A stretch of 64,000 nt of DNA, from positions 1,874,778 to 1,938,777 of the forward strand of contig NW_015167527.1 in the NCBI RefSeq assembly GCF_001447785.1. The letters are read 5' to 3'. The stretch comes from Gekko japonicus (lineage: Eukaryota). Shown piece by piece: positions 61,032 through 64,000 of this stretch. The stretch's first letter is position 1, and each line of letters begins with the position of its first letter. The notes under the pieces are model-generated. The model did not search any database and was not told where the DNA came from. It saw nothing but the letters and a program-made list of their open reading frames with translations. Made by a program: the position numbers and the translations under genes.

Positions 61032-61272
61032 CAGGCCTGTAGCTACAGTGGGGCATCTCGGGGCTAGGCCCCCTGACTTATTGGCAAGGCCCCACAACTT
61101 CTGATTCCTCTCAGGGCCCCTGAATAGCAGCGGGTGCAGGGAAGGAGCCGGGTATTCCTGCGCAGCTGTCCGGTGAAAGGGTCCAGATTAAATTACCTTT
61201 ATTTTGATTAGCCAGTGCCCCCTAAGAAATTTAAATGCCCCCTGACTAAAAAAAATCCTGGCTACCGGCCTG
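61032..61272. mobile_element. hAT-type MITE
   Basis: TIR caggcc(t/g)gtagc; near-perfect 8-bp TSD t(g/t)atggag. Confidence 0.75.
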
Positions 61273-62297
61273 TTATGGAGTGTGAATAAAACAAAAGTTG
61301 GACCATGTGACTGTGCTTGTTGGTGCCTCTTCTGTGTGGTATTCTGCCCTCACATATGTACACATGTACTTATTTTCTAGTACTACTTTTTCTGCGGGAA
61401 ACCACTGTCTTAACGTAGGAATATTCTGGGCCAGTTTAAATGTGTATAGTCCCTATCGGAGCTGCTTTTGGACTCATGGCCAGGTGAGTCTCAGGATTCT
61501 ATTGTTTCTTGCTTTGTGGTAGTTATTGCGCTACCAGCACAGAGTGTGCTGATTCATTCAGTGGTCTGGATTATCAGTCTTTCTGTGTTGATTGCACCAA
61601 ACCACAAAATAGGTTATGGTCACTAGAAAAGTAATTGCCAGGTACTACCATAGAAGATGGGGCACTTTGTCATACTCAAAGACAAAAACACCTATAACAC
61701 CTTACATGGTAATTGGTTTGCTGAGGCGTGAACTTGCAAAGGCAAAAGCCTACTTCATTGGCTACACTGAAATTCCAGTGCTCCCATAATAATACCCTAT
61801 GCAATTTGTTCAATAGTGGTACTTTTTCTCTGAGGGCACATTTGGCACTTCTTGCATATATGAGAAAATTTGTGTGGCACTTTTAATACCTTCTAACACC
61901 ACCAAAGCTGTTGATACAAGATTTTTAAATAGTGCATGTATGACAGACCCCTGACACTTCCCCACTCCCGGGCAGATTTTCCTGCCAAAAATATTTTTAG
62001 CTCCCCTCAGTAACTGAGCTGCCCTTCAGTAGCATGTATTTCCTTTTTTATAAGCTTTAACTGTCCCACACTGTTACAGATATTCGTTTAGGTACAGGAA
62101 CTAGAGGAAATACAGGAGCTGTCTTGTTTTAAAATACCCTCATGAAATGGCACATGAGGCAAAATTAACTTTCAAAACAGAATAAAGATTTTAATAAGGC
62201 AGGCAATATATAAATATGAGGATTCAAGGTATAGAGGCTGCTGAGGTGAAACTTTCTAATATGTACAGAATTGAGATTTTCAAACATACAAGAGAGT

Positions 62298-62448
62298 AGA
62301 ACAAATCTAGAGTCCAGTGGCACCTTTAAGACCAACAAAGGTTTATTCAAGGTATGAGCTTTCGTGTGCACACCTTTGTTGGTCTTAAAGGTGCCACTGG
62401 ACTCTAGATTTGTTCTACTGCTTCAGACCAACACAGCTGACCATCTGG
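62298..62448. mobile_element. Short Penelope inverted-pLTR element
   Basis: ~47-bp perfect inverted arms; 12-bp TSD ATACAAGAGAGT. Confidence 0.85.
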
Positions 62449-62800
62449 ATACAAGAGAGTGTCTTGTTGTAGCTTAATTTCTGAGTTTCAAGTTCTTTTC
62501 AGTGAGAGGTTTTGCTTATTATATATTCCAGCTGTTACACAGAATATTAAATACAGTTTCTCTCCCTTTAGATATTATAGCTTTCCAGTAACTCTTGAGG
62601 TATCTAAAACCCTTCCCCTTGATCACAGACCAGGGTTCTCTTCCCAAACCCTCCCTACTGGCTAGAACTTATCCTTCTTGTCCCTAAGAAGCAATAACTC
62701 CTTTTCCTATTTGGCTTGTTTTGGAGTTCTCTCTAACTCCTCAAACCTCCTGCCAAATTCTTCTTCTAATACTATTTGTCTGTATGGTTAGCCTTGCAAC

Positions 62801-63003
62801 CATTGTTCCCTCTAAGCTGAGTTAGTGTGAGCTAGCTCACGGTTTTTGAGCCTCTGGCTCACACATTTTTGTCTTAGCTCAGGAAGGATGGCTCCAGAGC
62901 AAACCAATTTACGCAGTAGCCAAATCACCTGCTCACAACTTTAATGCCAGTAGCTCACAAAGTAGAATTTTTGCTCACAAGACTCCACAGCTTAGAGGGA
63001 ACA
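62801..63003 (+). mobile_element. hAT MITE
   Basis: Same family as 3501 and 34339. Confidence 0.9.
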
Positions 63004-63346
63004 ACTAAAGAAAACCCAGGCATTTACTGAATGACTGAAATCAAACAAGACCAAGACGTACACTTTTATATATGGAGTTAGAAAAGAGGTCACTAATATC
63101 TGTTCATTACATCCCCTCAGTGTTCACAATTTAAGTTTTCATATTTGCTACATTAAAATGGAATAGTATTATGTGTTATATTTCTACAAAACTGCATTTT
63201 CTTTCTTTCAGAAATCTACTTTGTTGCCTTCTAAAGTTTTGTTTCTGAAACACACTTCTGAAAATGCAGGCAGGATTGATTCCAGAGGGCTAGCCATGTT
63301 AGTCTATTGTAGCAAAATTAAGCAGGAGTCCAGTAGCATCTTAAAG

Positions 63347-63781
63347 CAGTATTCCTCAACCTTGTGGAGGCCATAGGCAGCTCTGGAATTCTGACATAGG
63401 ATGGTGGGTCCAACCATAAAAATGGCTGCCATAGGAGGCAGAGCCAACCATGGAGTGGGGTTATGTATAACTAATAGTAAATCTTCAGCATTTCAGGCAG
63501 AAGCTGCATTTAACAGGCTGCCTGCCTTTTAAAATGAAAATGTTGTTTTAAGATATTTTGTTGCATACACACAGCTTACCTTCAGTAACACAGTGAAGAT
63601 CCTTATGCTGTGGCCACAGCTGCTGCCAAAACAACATTTTTTAAAAACCCACACAGCCAATCAGATCTCCAGTGGTGAATCAGAAGCCTGGCCCTGCCCA
63701 CTTTCTCAAAACACTTGGTGGGCACCAGGAAACATGTTGGTGGGCGCCATGGCACCCATGGGCACCATACTGGAGACTGCA
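63347..63781 (+). mobile_element. Old hAT-type non-autonomous element inserted in a Penelope remnant
   Basis: Colinear with 30700-31033 (rc); imperfect TSD t(c/t)ttaaag. Confidence 0.6.
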
Positions 63782-64000
63782 TTTTAAAGACTAAGAAAGC
63801 ACATCCCAGCATAAGCGTTTGTGAGTCAGGGCTTATTTCATTCTGTGCACAGAGAATCCACCCAAAGCAGCTACATGTATCCTCAAAGATCAAGCAACAG
63901 AAAAGAGGAGGGGGGATTAGAATGGGATGCCTAAAACAAGAGTCTATGGAAGATTAACCAATCCATTCAAAGTGGATGAGAACCACTGCCAGTTGCTGAT

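Noticed and set aside
60200-64000. Expected next syntenic gene (RDH11/RDH12)
   Set aside because: No short-chain dehydrogenase exon was recognisable; probably lies beyond the window.

Overview
Vertebrate genomic DNA from a squamate reptile, most likely a gecko (Squam3-like, Sauria and 5S-Sauria SINEs, Penelope, Harbinger and hAT MITEs). The short N gaps beside poly-G/C runs suggest a draft assembly. The window holds the conserved amniote synteny block PLEKHH1(+, last 2 coding exons) - PIGH(-, 4 coding exons, 184 aa) - ARG2(+, 8 exons, 357 aa) - VTI1B(-, 6 exons, 231 aa). All exons were read by hand, with GT-AG boundaries and consistent phase. PIGH and ARG2 are head-to-head across a CpG-rich 5 kb region built from local duplications. 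ARG2 and VTI1B are tail-to-tail, with probably overlapping 3' UTRs. The remainder is intron or intergenic DNA dense in transposons. Most notable: (i) an ORF1-only 'half-L1' retroelement with a conserved 3'-terminal CCCC-NNN-GGGG hairpin, nested inside a Harbinger MITE; (ii) a Harbinger MITE family sharing a perfectly conserved internal 23-bp palindrome whose spacer occurs in both orientations; (iii) candidate poison or cassette exons in PIGH and ARG2; (iv) a patchwork-duplicated bidirectional promoter with a perfect 20-bp inverted repeat; (v) a strong-Kozak uORF in VTI1B. No prokaryote-type system (CRISPR etc.) is present. Family names come from recognition, not from a database search.
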